Shown here piece by piece: positions 50,657 through 64,000 of a stretch of 64,000 nucleotides of DNA. Origin of the DNA: Monocercomonoides exilis PA203 (taxonomy: Eukaryota; Protista; Preaxostyla); contig LSRY02000035.1 in the NCBI GenBank assembly GCA_001643675.2, positions 124,001 through 188,000 on the forward strand. The letters run 5' to 3'. Position 1 is the first letter of the stretch; each line of letters opens with the position of its first letter. A program made the translations under genes and the position numbers. The notes beneath the pieces are model-generated. The model did no database searches and had not been told where the DNA came from. It saw only the letters and a program-made list of their open reading frames with translations.

Positions 50657-53600
50657 TTACAATGCATAGCCAACCATGTCTTGTATCACATCATCGCTTT
50701 CCATCTGTATCTTCTTTCTCTCATCATCCAGAAGCGGGTCCCTCCCCACAATTCTTTTTAAGTTCGACTTTTTCCACTTCTTTTTGCAGCAGCCACAGAA
50801 CAATTTCCCGCTGAATATGAATTCCACCAACGGAATCAGCTTCCCAATGTAGTTCAAATACACAAAAGTTCCTCCCAAAGCAGTGATCAGACCAACAGCC
50901 GACGTCTTGAAAGATCTTGTTGTCACAACCACAGCCTGCGACAGCTCCACAAGCACATCCACACCCACACTCAGCGCAAGGCTTAATCCGCTGTTCTTCA
51001 CTTGAGAGCCTGGCTTGATTGAAATCCTGCTTGCTTCGTGTCCCATGTGCACGATATGCTTCCACTTGTTCTCCTCATATTTACTAACCATCAGCTCGGC
51101 AACAACCTGTGTTTGTTCTCCACCTTTGAAGACATGCGCTGAATCTCCATCTAAATGACTTTCTGCCTGAGAATTGTATGTTGTATCAAGGAAGAAGTAA
51201 CCTTTCTGTTGAGTAATTCCAGAATCAACAGAAATAAATGCGTCTATTCCATAAAATAATGCATCTTTCTCCTTTGAATAAAATGAAAGAAGTTTAACTC
51301 GCCGATCAACTGCATCAATGCTGATATTCTCTGCTGAAAGTTGAATTGTACAGTCTGCTGTTGGTGTGAATAATTTGTTCGGGGATTGTGATTGACTGCA
51401 TCTTGGTTCGACAGCAGCTGGTTTTGCAGGATAAATATCTGAAATTTTTATTTTGAAACAATTTTAAAGTTTGATAATGTTTCAAAAATTTTGAAAACAA
51501 GAAAAAGCCATTGCATAAAAAAAAAATTGAAATCTAAAAATAGAAGACAAACTTAATGGATCATATGAAGCCTTTCCAATTCCAAGAAGCGGAGAGCATT
51601 CGCCTTGTGCTTCAGCATGTCTGTCTTTCACATCCTTCACGCATTCGCCTGAATAATCTCTCAATCTTACAAGAAACTCCATTTTTTTGTTGGAAAACTT
51701 ATCCAATGAAATGTTCTGGATTTTTGAGTCAACATATATTCGATTCTCGAGTGTGTTTATCAAAAAGAATAACACAATCACAGCTGAAGCTGCACCAGCC
51801 ACAAAGCAAATACCGATAATCGAAATACATCCTCCATAACTCGTCTTCCTCACAATCTTCACTGCTTTGTGAGTTTTCTCATCGAGTTTATTCTTGTAAG
51901 AATCCGAATATTGATCAATCTTATACAACTTCTCGCGTGTCGGCAGGCAAAAACACACAACAGCCACAACAAAACCAAGAGCCAGCGAAACTCCATAAAA
52001 CAACACTGTGAACATTGTTTCTTTGTTCGAATTTGGATCGTACGATTTTGGCTGCTCTGTGCATTCAAAAGGCATTCTAAGTAAAGTGTTGTTACTTGCT
52101 GCCGATCCAACAATACAACCACTGTTTGGCGCACACTCTGTGCAATTACTGCTTCCAGGTTCTGTCTGGAACGTGCCTTCTTCACAAGGAACACACGAAG
52201 TTAATGAAGTCCCAGAACCCGTTAGATAAGTCCCAGTCGGACAATTTTCGCATTTCGTTTGATTGAAATGCGATGAATATGTTCCTCTGTTGCAAACATC
52301 ACATTGTTTTTTGCTTTCATTGAAGTACGATCCGGGAGAGCAGCCTGAAAGATGACTTTTCAACTTTATTCTTGTAAATTTATTTGTTGCAATGGGCAAA
52401 GGAGTCATTCCTTCACTCACCGCGTAGCCACCGAGGCAATAAAGCGAATCGATCATAAAAGCACAACTGCCGTGAACGAAAGGAAAATCGATTTCATTTC
52501 TATCTTTTTCATATTTGTGTATGGCAAATTTGACTTCTCCGTATTCATCCAATGTGTACATGGATAAGTATGATTTTTTCGCAATGCCATATTCCTCTCC
52601 TCCAACAACAAATCCAACTTCTCCTTCACCAACGACAACTCCAGCGCTCCCGATTGGGAATTTGGGACTCGTAAAATCTATCCATTCATCAAAAAATTCT
52701 GCTATCAGAAGCGGATGCGCATAGCAAGATTCAATTGGTCTTTCTCCGTCATCTCCTCCGCAAACAAAAAGATGAGGGGCTGGTTGCTGGTCGTCTTCTT
52801 TTGCTTTTTCTTTCAAATATTTCGGGTTGTTATGAGTATTTTTCAAACGCCGACTATTATTTTTGTTGCCATTAATTAAATAATCTCTTGGAATAATGCT
52901 TTTCACAAATATTGTTGGCCTCTCAATGGCAATATCCATCACCATAACTTTGTGCCATTCAGATGTGGCAAAATTGAATGCCCATACTTCTTCCAACAGA
53001 CGATTGTTAATATCACAACCTCCTGCAATATATAAAATTGATTCATGAATTGTAGCACCAGAACGGCAACATTTATTGGGTTTTTTCTCTCCTTTCACTG
53101 GTATCTTCCTCCAAGAATGAGAAGTTTCACTAAACTCCCAAAGATCATTACTCATCGTTGCAAAATCTCCATTGATATCGTAAGTCGCTCCTCCAAACAC
53201 AAAAATCTTTTCGTTCAATGAAACAACTGCTGCTTCGCTAACTGAAGGTTCTTCTTCATCATTCCGATAATTACTAAACCTGAACCAAAAATTATCTTGT
53301 GGATAGAATTTTCTGTTTGTTGGGGATATCTTGTTAAATTCCGGATTGTATCCTCCAACAACTGCAAAGTATCCATTAACCTCGACAAGTTGATGCTTTA
53401 GAACTGGGAGAGGAATATAGTTCACTTCACTTGATAAATAATAATCATTAATGCTTACATTTTTCCGTAGTAAATTGTAAGGATTCAGCGAATCGTCTAA
53501 AATTGTAGAAGAATTATTCCCTCTTTGAGAACCTGACCAATCTTCTTTGTGGAAAAACAAAATGCCATTGGTTGCATAAATTAAATCTTTTCCACCGAAT

Positions 53601-54622
53601 GCATATAAATTTCCATTTTCGTCCGCAGTGCTTGATAATCCAACTTGCGGAATTCCAAGGTCAGAAAGGCTAATTTTTGTGGCATTCGCACTTTTAACCT
53701 CCAAGTTTAGGCCTGCCGCGGTGAGATTCAAGATCAATAAATTATTAGAAGCATATATAGATTTTCCTTCCTTTCCGTTCCACGCAATTCCATAGCACTC
53801 CTTTTCTGATATATAACTTGTAAATCCTGATCGATAAATTGCTCCTTTAAAAGGTTCATCACAAATCATTTCAATTAACTGGCAATCATAGGGATTTGAA
53901 AGTTTTATTCTGTAAGCATTCGGTTTGTCATCAATATTACTTGTCAGTCCCCCAAAAATAAACAAATTGCTTTTAAATATACACGCTCCTCCATCTCGCA
54001 TCGGAGGTGGATTTTTTGTTGGATCATTTTTGCGTAAGCAACGCCACAAAAATGTCTGTTTGTCCATTTCCCATATGTCATTTAATAGTCCATGAGATCC
54101 TTGTCCTCCAAAAATATAAACATGCGACTTTGTTTCCGCTTTGCAAGGAGCATATCGTTCGCATGGAATACTGCCTGATGAAGGAACAACTTTCCAGGAA
54201 ATTCGCTCAAAATCATATGAAAGCAGCTCGTTAGATAGCCCACGACTACTAAGGCCTCCCCAAATATATATAACACCTTCAACGAAAAATGATACGCACA
54301 TGTATCGATCAGGAAGAACATCAAGATTTGTTGTTGGAGCAATGTTCCATAATTTCCGATTCAAATCAAAAAAATATGCATCTTTCATCACAACTCCACC
54401 AAAATCCTTCCCACCTCCGATGAATAATCCTTTTCTTTGTGGGGTATTGATGTACTGGATGAATGAGCCTTCGCGCGGAAATGGAGGGGAACTAGTTTTA
54501 TGAACACTTTCAACTGCTTCCACTAAATCCAGATCTTCAGAATAAACAACTTGAATAAAATGCAAAAAAGCAATCGCAATAACTGCGATAAACTTTTTCC
54601 TCATCATTGCTAAAATAATCAT
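50657..54622 (-). CDS. Kelch-repeat membrane protein with Cys-rich ephrin-receptor-like (GCC2/GCC3) repeats; 2 exons (54622-51553, 51438-50657)
   Basis: Signal peptide, many F[IV]FGG...ND[LI]W Kelch repeats, CSPGSY/CNRGTYS/CPTGTY/CEEGTFQ repeats and three hydrophobic segments. Intron 51439-51552 (GTTTGT...CAG) joins the two ORFs in frame. Confidence 0.9.
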
Positions 54623-55137
54623 TTGAAGCTATTTTTTGTTGCACATCATGTTAAGTATGGGGTTTTCGATAATATTCAAAATGAAATAAAAAAAAGTTTT
54701 GGTTAAAAATGTATTTGTTGAATAGAAAAATATGAAATGTGTTTTAATGATAAAGAAATATTAAATTTTATAATTATTCTCTTTTTCACTATTTGAAAAA
54801 ATATTAGACACTTCAAAAATAAATTTATCTTTCAACAAGACTTTAACTAATTTTTCATATGATTGCTATTTTTCTTGATTTTTATTTTGATTTTTATATC
54901 TTTATTTTCAATCATTTATATTAAAATTGTTTACTTCCTTTTGTTCAAAAATTGAACTTATTTTCATTTCATAATTATAAACATTTAGAAATTTTTCTTT
55001 TTTTCTTCCAATTATTTTTTATTCAATAAACGAATTTTTTTGGATGACAATAACAAGAACATTCAAAAAAATAATAGTAAAAAAAAAAAAAGAAAATAAT
55101 TATTAACGAGAGATGTTTGATCTGATGATTTATAAAA

Positions 55138-58100
55138 ATGGAGAATCAAATTTTTGATGTTGAGGATTTGGAGAGGCATAACAGAAGAATAAAAATTTTA
55201 CAAGAAACGTTGGATGTTTTATACAGAAAAAAAACAGAGTATCAGAATTTATTTTGAAGTGAAAATTCAAATAAATATTCATTTTATTCTTTGGTTTTAA
55301 TTTTGTTAATGTCACATTTTTAATTTTGCGACAACACATTCCAAGTTGCGTTGATTTGAGGTACAATATTTGTTTTGTATTAGTGAATTTCAGTTATCTC
55401 TTTTTGACAAACAAAAATAAATATGTATTTTTTTAATTATTTTTCAATAAATTTGAATTAAAAAGTGCTGAAAATGAAGAATTGTTTTTGGTCGTACAAG
55501 AATTGAAGGATTCAATCGAATATAACAGAAGGGTCCATCGGGAAAAGATTAATTCAATGCTTCCAAGACTGAAACCCTCAGAGTTACACTTAAATGATCA
55601 ACTTGAAAAGAGGCACTTGATTGGCTCTCAACTGGCAAAGCTTTCACATAGTGCAGTTCATGAAATAGTGTTAACCTTTTTTATTTCTTTGTGTGTTTTT
55701 AATAATTTTTAGAAATCAGAACCAGTGGAAGAGATGGAAATTCTTAATAACAAACTTGAATGGAATCGTTCTGAGCTTCAAAGACTTACTGGAATAGGAC
55801 TTCAATTCAACACAAAAATTCAGCAATGCATTGATGATACGGAGCTTCGAAATGCTGAATTTCAAACGACAAAGGATATTTTGAAGCAAAAAAAGAAAGA
55901 GGTTATTTTTAACTTTAAACATTTATTGCTTCCTTTCATTCAAAAAATTTTTTCCCATCGTTTTTTTTTTAGCTTTCAGATTTGTCCAGCATGCAGCTGC
56001 TTCTTCGTGAAAAACTATTCCTTTTGAAAATGGATCTGGCAGATTTTGAGACTGTTAAGCAGCAAAAAAATGTATGAAAGTTATTTCAGGTGGGGAATGT
56101 GTATATTTTGAAGCTAAATTTATTATAACTGAAGAATCGTTGTTCATTTTCATTCTTCTTTTTTAAAAATAATAAAAATTATCCATTTAATTTCTTTTCT
56201 TTCATTTTTTTTTTCTTTTTTTTCTTTTTTTCTACCTTCTCTTTTCCCTTCTTCTTCTTCTTCTTCTTCTTCTTCTTTCACCTCCAGCATTTAGAAGAAG
56301 TTGCATCCAGTTTATCAAAAGAAATAGAAGAGCTGACATCTGAGCCTTTGAGGATGGAGCAAAGTGTATCAGCTGCTCAACAAAGACTTCTTACGAGAAA
56401 GCAACAGCAACATGTTTGTGTCAAATTAATTGTCTTTCTCTATTTCTTTTTTAATTAATCTGTGTCATATTTATTTTCTTCTTCTCTCTTTCTCTTTCTC
56501 TTTCTATATATTTATATTTATATTTATATATATTTATATATCTCTTTTTTTCTTTCTCTCTCTCTCTTCCCAATTTATTTCCGATTTCTTTGTATTTGTG
56601 TCAATTCAGAACAAAGTGTATGTGAGTTTATTTATTAATATCAGTTTCAATGCATAACGCTTTTCTTCGCAATTGTCTGTTGATTTCTCTTCTCTATTAT
56701 AATATTTTCTTCCTTTTTTCTATTTTTCTTCTCTTCTTCTCTCTATCTTCATTATTCTCTTTCTCTTTCTTCTTCTTCTTATTATTATTCAAATTCTTCT
56801 AATTTTAATTCTTCTTCCTCTCCTTCTCCTTCTCCTCATCCCCAGCTACACCCAGCGCGTCCCCACTGCCCTCCGCCCTCTCCGCCTCTCCAACTACACT
56901 GCTGCTCCTGTTTCTGGTGTGAATTACGTTCCTCCTCCGCCTCCTCTTCCGCCGCGTGATTTTGTTCCTTCGGCGCCTTCACGGACAGATCATGGGCAGA
57001 GGAAAGAGGAGAGAGGGAAAGGGAAGAAGGGAAAGAAGGGGAAGAGAGAGAGTGAAGAAGGAGGAAGAAGTGGAAAAAGAAGAAGTGGAGGAGGAGGAGG
57101 AGGAAGAATGGTGTTTGGGAATGGAGATTTGGATAGAAATTTGTATTTTGATGAAGAAAGAGAAGAAGAAGGATATTATGATGATGAGGAATACGAAGAA
57201 GAGGAAGAGGAAGAAGAAAATGAAGATGACTTTATTTTGCTTAGTGAAATGGGAAACAGAGGAAATGGCAGATTTGGAGAAGAAGCAGAGGAAGAAGCAC
57301 AGGGAGTGGGAGAAGAAGGAGAAGAAGAGGATGAAGATGATGATGATGAAAAATCTGCCTCAAAGCGGAAGAATAAAAATCTCAGACATTCTGTTGCCTT
57401 CTGTACAACTGTGCATGAATCACCGTTTGTGTTGTGTTCTTTGCATTTGAAAATTTTTGTTTCATTTTCTTCTTTTTTTATTCATGTCTCATCATCATCA
57501 TCATCTTTTCTTTTCACTTTTTTTTTCCTATTCATTTATTTATTTATATTTATATTTATATTTTTTTTTTTTTGATATTTTTGTTATTATTATTATTATT
57601 ATTTTCATATTCACCTTTCATTATTTTCTTTTTTTTTGACATCCAATATCTATTTCAGAGCCACTCAACATAACCAGAAGGAGAAGAACAAGAAGCAGAA
57701 AGATGGCAGTGTGTCTGTGTCCAGCTGGAAGGGGCTGTTTGAAGTGGCAAAAAGACCAAAGTTTATTTCGCCTTTTCTTTCTCATCGTCAACAGAAGAAG
57801 GAAGAGAAGAAAGAGAAAGAGGAAAGGAAAGGAGAAAAGGAAAAAGAAGAGGAAGAGAATAGAAATAGAGGGAGGGAGAGCAGATGTGGGAAGAAGAAGG
57901 AAGAGGAAGAGGAAGGAGAAGGGGGAGAGAACGAGAATAGAAAGGAAAAGAAATTTTTCATTAAAAATTCTTTTTCTGAGTCAATTCATTTCACCAACAG
58001 TCAAAAACCACCATCACGTCCATCAACGCAGCCAGCTTCAATCAGAAACATATCAAATGCATTCACTTCATCATCGTCTTCTTCCTCCTCCTCTTCTTCC

Positions 58101-59369
58101 TCTTCCTCTTCCTCTCCTTCTCTTTCTAATTCTCCTTCTCGTCTGTTCAGACATTCCACCACATCACCCGAACTTCTTCTTCCTCCTTCCTCTTCTTCTT
58201 CTTCCTTCTCTTCTTCTTCTTCTTCGATTTCTTCTCCCAAATCAACTTTTCATTCTTCACCTCGTCGCTTTCAATCTTCATCTATTTCTTCTTCTCTTCC
58301 TCTTTCTCCTTCTTCTTCTCTTCCTCTTCCTCTTCCTCCTGTTCTTTCTCTTCCTTCTTCCTCTGAACACGAGGCAATGCTGAAGAAGAGATTGGAAGCA
58401 GCGCCGAGTAAATTGAATGTTCTGATAGAAAAACAACATGAAGAATGGAGAATAGAGAAGAAGAACATGAGGATGATGGAGAAGAAGGAAGGAGGAAGAG
58501 GAAGAGGAAGAGAAGGAGGAAAAGGGAATGGAAGAGAAGGAGGAAGAGAAGGAGGAAGAGAAGGAGGAAGAAGAGAAGAAAAAGGAAAAGGAAAAGGAGG
58601 AAGGGGAAATGAAAATGAAGAAAGAGAAGAAGGAGAAGGAGAAGGAGAAGAAAGAGAAGAAAGAGAGAAAAGGAAGGAAAGAGGAGAAAGAAGCAAAAGC
58701 TGTATGGAATTTACGAGAGAAAAGAAGAAAGAGGAAAATAAAGAAACAAAAGGAAATTCAAAGCAGAAAGAAAAAAAATCACAAGTTAAAATTTCAATTT
58801 CAATTTCAAACAAAGAGGAAATGAATGAAAATGCTGAGCAACAAAGGAAATTAGATAGAATGCAAAGAGATTCATTGAGTTCGCCTCATCTTTCTCCTTC
58901 TCCCTCTCTTTCTCCTTCTTTTCCTTCTTCTTCTTCCTCCTCTTCCTCTTCTTCCTCCTCCTCTTCCTCTTCGTCTTCCTCTTCTTCTTCTTCCTCTCTT
59001 CTTCACATGCTCTCCCCCTATCAGCAGTCCCTCTTCTTATCTGCTGCCTCTGCCACTCCTTCTTCTTCTCTTCTTCTTCCTCATCTTTTCCCTTCTGATT
59101 TACCCCTCCGCTCTTCTTGTTCTACTCCTTTCTCATCATCTTCTTTTTCCACTTCTTCTTCCTCTTCTTCCTCTTCTTCTTCCTCTTTTTCCTCTCGTTC
59201 TCCTTCTCGTTCAGCCAGCAGGGCACAGAGAAGAGGGAACATTAGCTTCTCTGCTACTAACTCTTCAAATTCTTCTTCTTCTTCTTCTGTTTCATCTGAA
59301 AATTTATCAGGTCTCCCACTTCGAAAAAAGCTACCTGCAATTAAAACTATAAATCAGCTGGAAACTTGA
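55138..59369 (+). CDS. Multi-exon protein with coiled-coil N-terminus and Pro/Glu/Ser-rich low-complexity C-terminus, function unknown
   Basis: MENQIFDVEDLERHNRR at 55138, then heptad-like exons at ~55470-56410 and long low-complexity exons. Exact exon structure was not resolved. Confidence 0.6.
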
Positions 59370-59802
59370 ACAGCTCAATTGAAATGGATTTGAAAATTAA
59401 TTGTTAGTGTTTTTTTTTTACATTTTGGTCAGCAAAAATATATATATATATTTTTGTTCTTTTTATTTAACTGTTAAAAAAATCAACTAAAAGAGATTAG
59501 CATAACTGGACAGTTTATTCTGAAAAGAATTATTCAAAATATCGTGTGTGAATGATATTTCTTTTCTATATATATTTTAGTGTGAGATAATAATTTGATT
59601 GATGGCATTTTTGTAACTTTCAACTTTTTAGTGTTAAATGTGAAAAATTGATTATTCAAACAAATTTGTTATAGGGTTGATCGAAATTTTTCATTTTTTG
59701 TGTTTTATTCGTCACAATCTTTTGATAAACTTTAAAGTGTATGAACATGAAATACATTTTGATTCGTTATATTTCAATAAAATATTTATTTGAAAGGCCG
59801 TG

Positions 59803-60302
59803 ATGGATAATGAAGGCACTTCAAGATCCTTGTCAGAAACTGTTTTTCTTAATATTTCAATTCTATCAATTGGAACCGACTTGAACATTTCTTTAAGAAA
59901 AGAATCAACAATTATGGATCTGAAATCTGAATTTACACAGGCTTTTGTTTCAAAATTTCCTGGTTTGTGAACAGATGTTTTTTGGAATAAAAATGTGTAT
60001 TTTATCGTTTTTTGCAACATTATAAACGTTGAGAATACTATGTTCCAACATTTTCAAGGCTGCTGTTTTCTTACAAAGGACATTATTTAACGGATGTTGA
60101 GCAAACAATTGATGAATGCGGAATTTCTGATGGATCTGCAATAACACTTCATACCGGCATTCCTAAAAAGAAAAGTGGTGGTTTCTGCAAAAGCAAATGT
60201 GCGTGTTGTTGTTGTGGGGGTGACGACTTTGATGAAGATATTCTTCCCGAAGAAAGCAAATTAATGAATAATAATGAGAATTATCAATATGGAGCTTTTT
60301 AA
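59803..60302 (+). CDS. Small ubiquitin-like-domain protein with Cys cluster; 2 exons (59803-59962, 60034-60302)
   Basis: Spliced translation includes STIMDLKSEF...RLLFSYKGHYLTDVEQTIDECGISDGSAITLH (UBL pattern), then FCKSKCACCCCGG and a C-terminal YGAF*. The GTTTGT...AG intron keeps the frame. A short upstream exon is possible. Confidence 0.78.
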
Positions 60303-61144
60303 ACATAAGAATTAATTTTGGCTTCTTATTTTGGTTTTTTACAACTATGTGTTGAATTGTCGAAGAGAATTAAATTATTTTTTATTGTTTCAGAAAAAAT
60401 TTTTTTGTTATAATTTTTTTTTTTCGTTTGTTTGTTTGTTTCACTGTTATCAACTGTTTTTGTATTTCGAATTTATAAATAATATAAACAAGATAAATTT
60501 TGAATGAAGATAAAGAAGAATAAGAACAACAGTCAATCACCACTCATGTTAATTGTAAAATGGGATGAAATTTTTTGCATTATGAATTTTGTTTCACACA
60601 GTTCTTTCAAGGATTTTTTTCGATTTTTTGTATTTTTTAAATTTAATATTGCACTATAATGTCAGTTTTGAAATTACATGATTGCAAAAAAAGTCTGTTT
60701 CAAATCATTAATTTTTTCTAAAATAAAAAAATTCTGTCCCATATACAACACTTTCATCAAATTTTTGTTTTTACAAATGAACTTAAGTCAAAAAGAATTT
60801 TCAATTAACAAGAACAGTGAATAATTGAAGTGTTAGTGAAAAGCAAAAAATGAAATTTCCATTGAAACGCTTATTCTGAAGTGGTATGCAAATTATTTTA
60901 GAATTTGAATATTGTTCAACACTTCACTTTCTTGTATTTTTTCTCAATTTATTATTTTTTTCGTTATTTTTCCTTGTTTGTGTTTTTATTGCATGAGAAT
61001 ACAGAACTTCTTATGATATTATTGCAGAAAAAGTTTGGAACGTAATGTAGTTTTTATCATGTTAATAAAAACAAAAACCCAAATGTTAGATTTTTGTCAG
61101 TTAAAATAAAAATATATACAATTTGATCATATTTTCTTTTTATC

Positions 61145-62324
61145 ATGACTTCTGCAACTCCACAAGAACTTGAGCAAAAAGCCGACAAGAAAATGGGCAC
61201 TTGGTTAGGAAAGCAATCGGCTTACGATGAAGCTGGAGAGCTTTATTCCACTGCAGCAAACAAATACAAGATTCAAAGAATGTTTGTAGAATCTGGAAAG
61301 GCATTTGAAAAAGCAGCAGATAGCTTTCAAAAATGCGGAAGAACATTGTACGATATTGCACAGCAGTATTTAGAAGCTGCTAAAGCTTATAAGTCAGTAA
61401 GCTTCGATGGTTTGATATTTGTTCTTTTGAACAATAAATAAATGTTTGATTGTGAAACACAGATTACTTGCGCTGTCAAGAAAAAGCCATTGCTATAGAA
61501 ATAGAAGATTCGAAGATTCGTCAATCTGCGCTTCACCTGAAACAAACAGCTGAGGCTTGTGAAGGAGCTGGAGATTTTGATAGAGCAATTGAACATTACA
61601 CTCGCTCATGCGATTTTTATCAGCTCGAAGGCCAGAAAAGGTTTTTCAAATCAATTTCTCTCTCTCTTTCTTTTTTTATAAATAGACTTCTTTATCATTT
61701 TTTATTCAACTAATAAATGAATGTTTAGTTCTGTCCAATCTTGCCAAACTAAACTCGCAACCATTTACTCCTTGCATAAAAAAAATTATCAAAAAGCGGA
61801 CGAACTTTTCGATTCACTGGGGGTTTGCTTTATTGAGCGAGCTAACTTGTTGCTAATCAATAACTTTTGATTTTTTTTCTGTGATTTAAAAATAAATATT
61901 TTCCTTTATAAAACAGCGAAGCTATTTGGAAACATCACTTACACGCTTTAGTGCAAAGGAGTGCTGGTTCAAGGCGTGCATTTGCCGTTTGATGGCAAAG
62001 GACGGAGAAGCAGTGAGAGAAAAATTGAGGAGTTATGAAGAAGCCGATCCAAATCTGACAGGAACGTTTGAAAAAAAGTTGATTGAAGTTTGTTGTGAAT
62101 GATTGTTATATTTGTAATGAGGAAATTTCTATTTTTCTTTCTTTCTTATTTTTTTTTTGTGAAATTAGTCGCTTTGCGAAGCTGTGGATGAGGCAGATGA
62201 AGAGAAGTTTTCATCGGCTGTGGCCAATTATGACTCTGTACATCGTCTTGAACCCTGGAAAACGCAAATGCTTCTGCGTCTAAAGGATGATCTTCATAAA
62301 GACGACGAAAATCCTGATTTGTAA
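61145..62324 (+). CDS. SEC17: Alpha-soluble NSF attachment protein (alpha-SNAP/Sec17), 5 exons
   Basis: A.KK......F/L....YDEA.ELY..AANKYK, GKAFEKAA, AIEHY, RFSAKECWFKACICRL, YEEADP, F..AVANYDSVHRLEPWKTQMLLRLK and a terminal DL. Four GTTT..AG introns. Confidence 0.95.
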
Positions 62325-63675
62325 AGCAATAAACACAAATATTTTAGTTATTTTTCAAGTTGATGAGCAACATGATTTGAAAATCAAAGTGGAGCAAATT
62401 ATTACTATGCAAAGCATATACACTGCTTAAAATATGTTTTTGTTGAATTTTTCTTTTATTAAAGCTTTTGTTGATGAAAAATATTTTTTTTCTTTGAACT
62501 CTTTGAGGTTGAAACTTAAATCATAATTTTCCTTTTCAAATTTTTATTTTTTCAATCAACAAAAGCACTTTTTGCTTTAAGTTGTACGTTATTATTTTTT
62601 AAAAAAATTTTTTCTTCCCGTTTGTATTGCTATTTGTTGAAGATTTTAATATTTTCTTACATCTCACCCGAGGTCTTCCTATTTTTCTACACTCATTTTT
62701 TTCACTTTTTGTACCTTTTGAGTTGATATTTTTGGTTTTAAAGTTAAAAACTTTATTCTTTTTTTCAAGTGCGAAATTATTATTTTAATATATAAATTTG
62801 CGTGAACATTCCAAACGAACATGATTTATGTTGGCAAATAGAAGTTTTCTTTTCTTACTTTCTTTCTTTTGACAATAAAACAAAAGCAAACAACTTTGAT
62901 CGGTATTTAAAAACACAACAAAGATCAAATCCTAAATTTCAAGCTTTTTTCGAGCAGGGTGAAAATTGGTATATTCTTGATAAACTTTTTGATCTCTTTT
63001 TCATTTTGAAAATTATCAAATTCTAATGTTTATTTATTATCATTGTAAATGCAGTAATTAACTGTTTTGTTGCATGAATTTGATGGAATTTATCAGAATG
63101 TTCAATGTAAAAGCCTTCTGCCTTTTCCCTCTTCATACTCCTGCATTTCTGTTTTCAAATGCACACAAAAAAACAGAAAAAGAAGAAGAATTGAAAAGAG
63201 TATTACACAAACAACTCACAGAAAGAGCAACAACTGAAACGAAGTGAGCGTTAACAAAAGAAAAGTGGAAGAGGGAGAAGAGGGAGAATTAAAGGCATAC
63301 AGTATTTGCAAAAAAATGAACATAGATGATATGTGAATGTGTGAGTGGGAGGACGAGAGTGCTGTCTAATGAAATGAAGAAGCCAAAGAAGAAGACGATG
63401 GAGAAGTGATAAATTGAAACGAATGAAGAATTCACATTTCATGTTGAATACGTTTCGCATCAAGTCAAAGAAATCATTTCAGAATACAATCATTTCTTTT
63501 CTCTTCTTTTCTCATCGATTTTTTCGTTTATTCGTTTTCTGCCATCAGACTCTTCTGTATCTCTGTTTTCATCAAATTCCATTCCTTTCCTTTCCTTTCT
63601 TCTTCCTCCTCCTCCTCCAATTTTCTTACTTTCTGAGATGAGATGAAATGAATGGAAATGAATTGAGCATTCAAG

Positions 63676-64000
63676 TCACAAACTCAAAAGATAGTCAGAT
63701 GAGTTTTTTGACAGATACAAATATTGATCCCAATTTGCCAAAACAGGCAACATTTTATGAAGGCTTGTAATGAAATCTTCATATCCCTCCTCTTCCATCT
63801 TTACAAATATGTTCCTTTTGGCTGGTTTTATTTCCTCTTCATCAGTTTTATCATCTTTTCTTTCCTTCAACTTTTGGCAAATTCCTCTGAAACAGGAAAG
63901 CCGCTCTCTCAAAAAGGTGTCATCCAAGTTTGGAAGCTGGATTTCCTCCAAAAGCACATCAACAGCTCCTCCTTTCAGCAAGTCGTCGACTTTCACTGCT
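63676..64000 (-). CDS. 3' end of an uncharacterised helical-repeat protein (lineage-expanded family), truncated by the window edge
   Basis: Open frame to the edge: VDDLLKGGAVDVLLEEIQ...KRNIFVKMEEEGYEDFITSL. The family assignment is from recollection only. Confidence 0.6.
   Translation of the reverse strand, partial: AVKVDDLLKGGAVDVLLEEIQLPNLDDTFLRERLSCFRGICQKLKERKDDKTDEEEIKPAKRNIFVKMEEEGYEDFITSLHKMLPVLANWDQYLYLSKNSSDYLLSL

Noticed and set aside
7320-58880. Inverted paralogs as TIRs of a giant Maverick/Polinton-like element
   Set aside because: The arms are diverged, intron-containing gene pieces with large indels. No polB, integrase, ATPase or capsid gene lies between them.
1-64000. Alternative genetic code (TAA/TAG = Gln) explaining the broken ORFs
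   Set aside because: Intact genes (alpha-SNAP, UBL, Kelch) end in TAA at expected positions, and the broken genes also contain TGA stops and frameshifts.
1-64000. CRISPR arrays, tRNA or rRNA genes, TnpB/Fanzor nucleases
   Set aside because: No repeat-spacer array, cloverleaf, rRNA signature or RuvC-Zn-finger motif set was seen.

Overview
AT-rich, intron-containing eukaryotic DNA in the standard genetic code. The gene families and GTTTG-type splice donors suggest an oxymonad such as Monocercomonoides; this is inference, not a database match. About 0-50.2 kb is a dense, nested transposon graveyard. It holds one hAT transposase with an open frame, six Merlin/ISXO2 (IS1595-family) copies, three pogo-like DDE_1 transposase pseudogenes, a DIRS tyrosine-recombinase retrotransposon inserted precisely inside a Merlin gene, two MITE families, and a ~9 kb decayed receptor-pseudokinase gene. 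About 50.6-64 kb carries host genes: a Kelch/Cys-rich membrane protein, a coiled-coil low-complexity gene with an inverted partial paralog at 5.6-9.4 kb, a small ubiquitin-like protein missed by the ORF track, alpha-SNAP, and the 3' end of an expanded-family gene. The standout is 32901-36732: a three-exon, single-frame ~1227-codon Sola-type DDD transposase with a complete USP (peptidase C19) deubiquitinase domain embedded in frame between Ser-rich linkers. It is followed directly by a compact GC-rich, multi-stem RNA-like segment and bracketed by MITEs with 4-bp target duplications.
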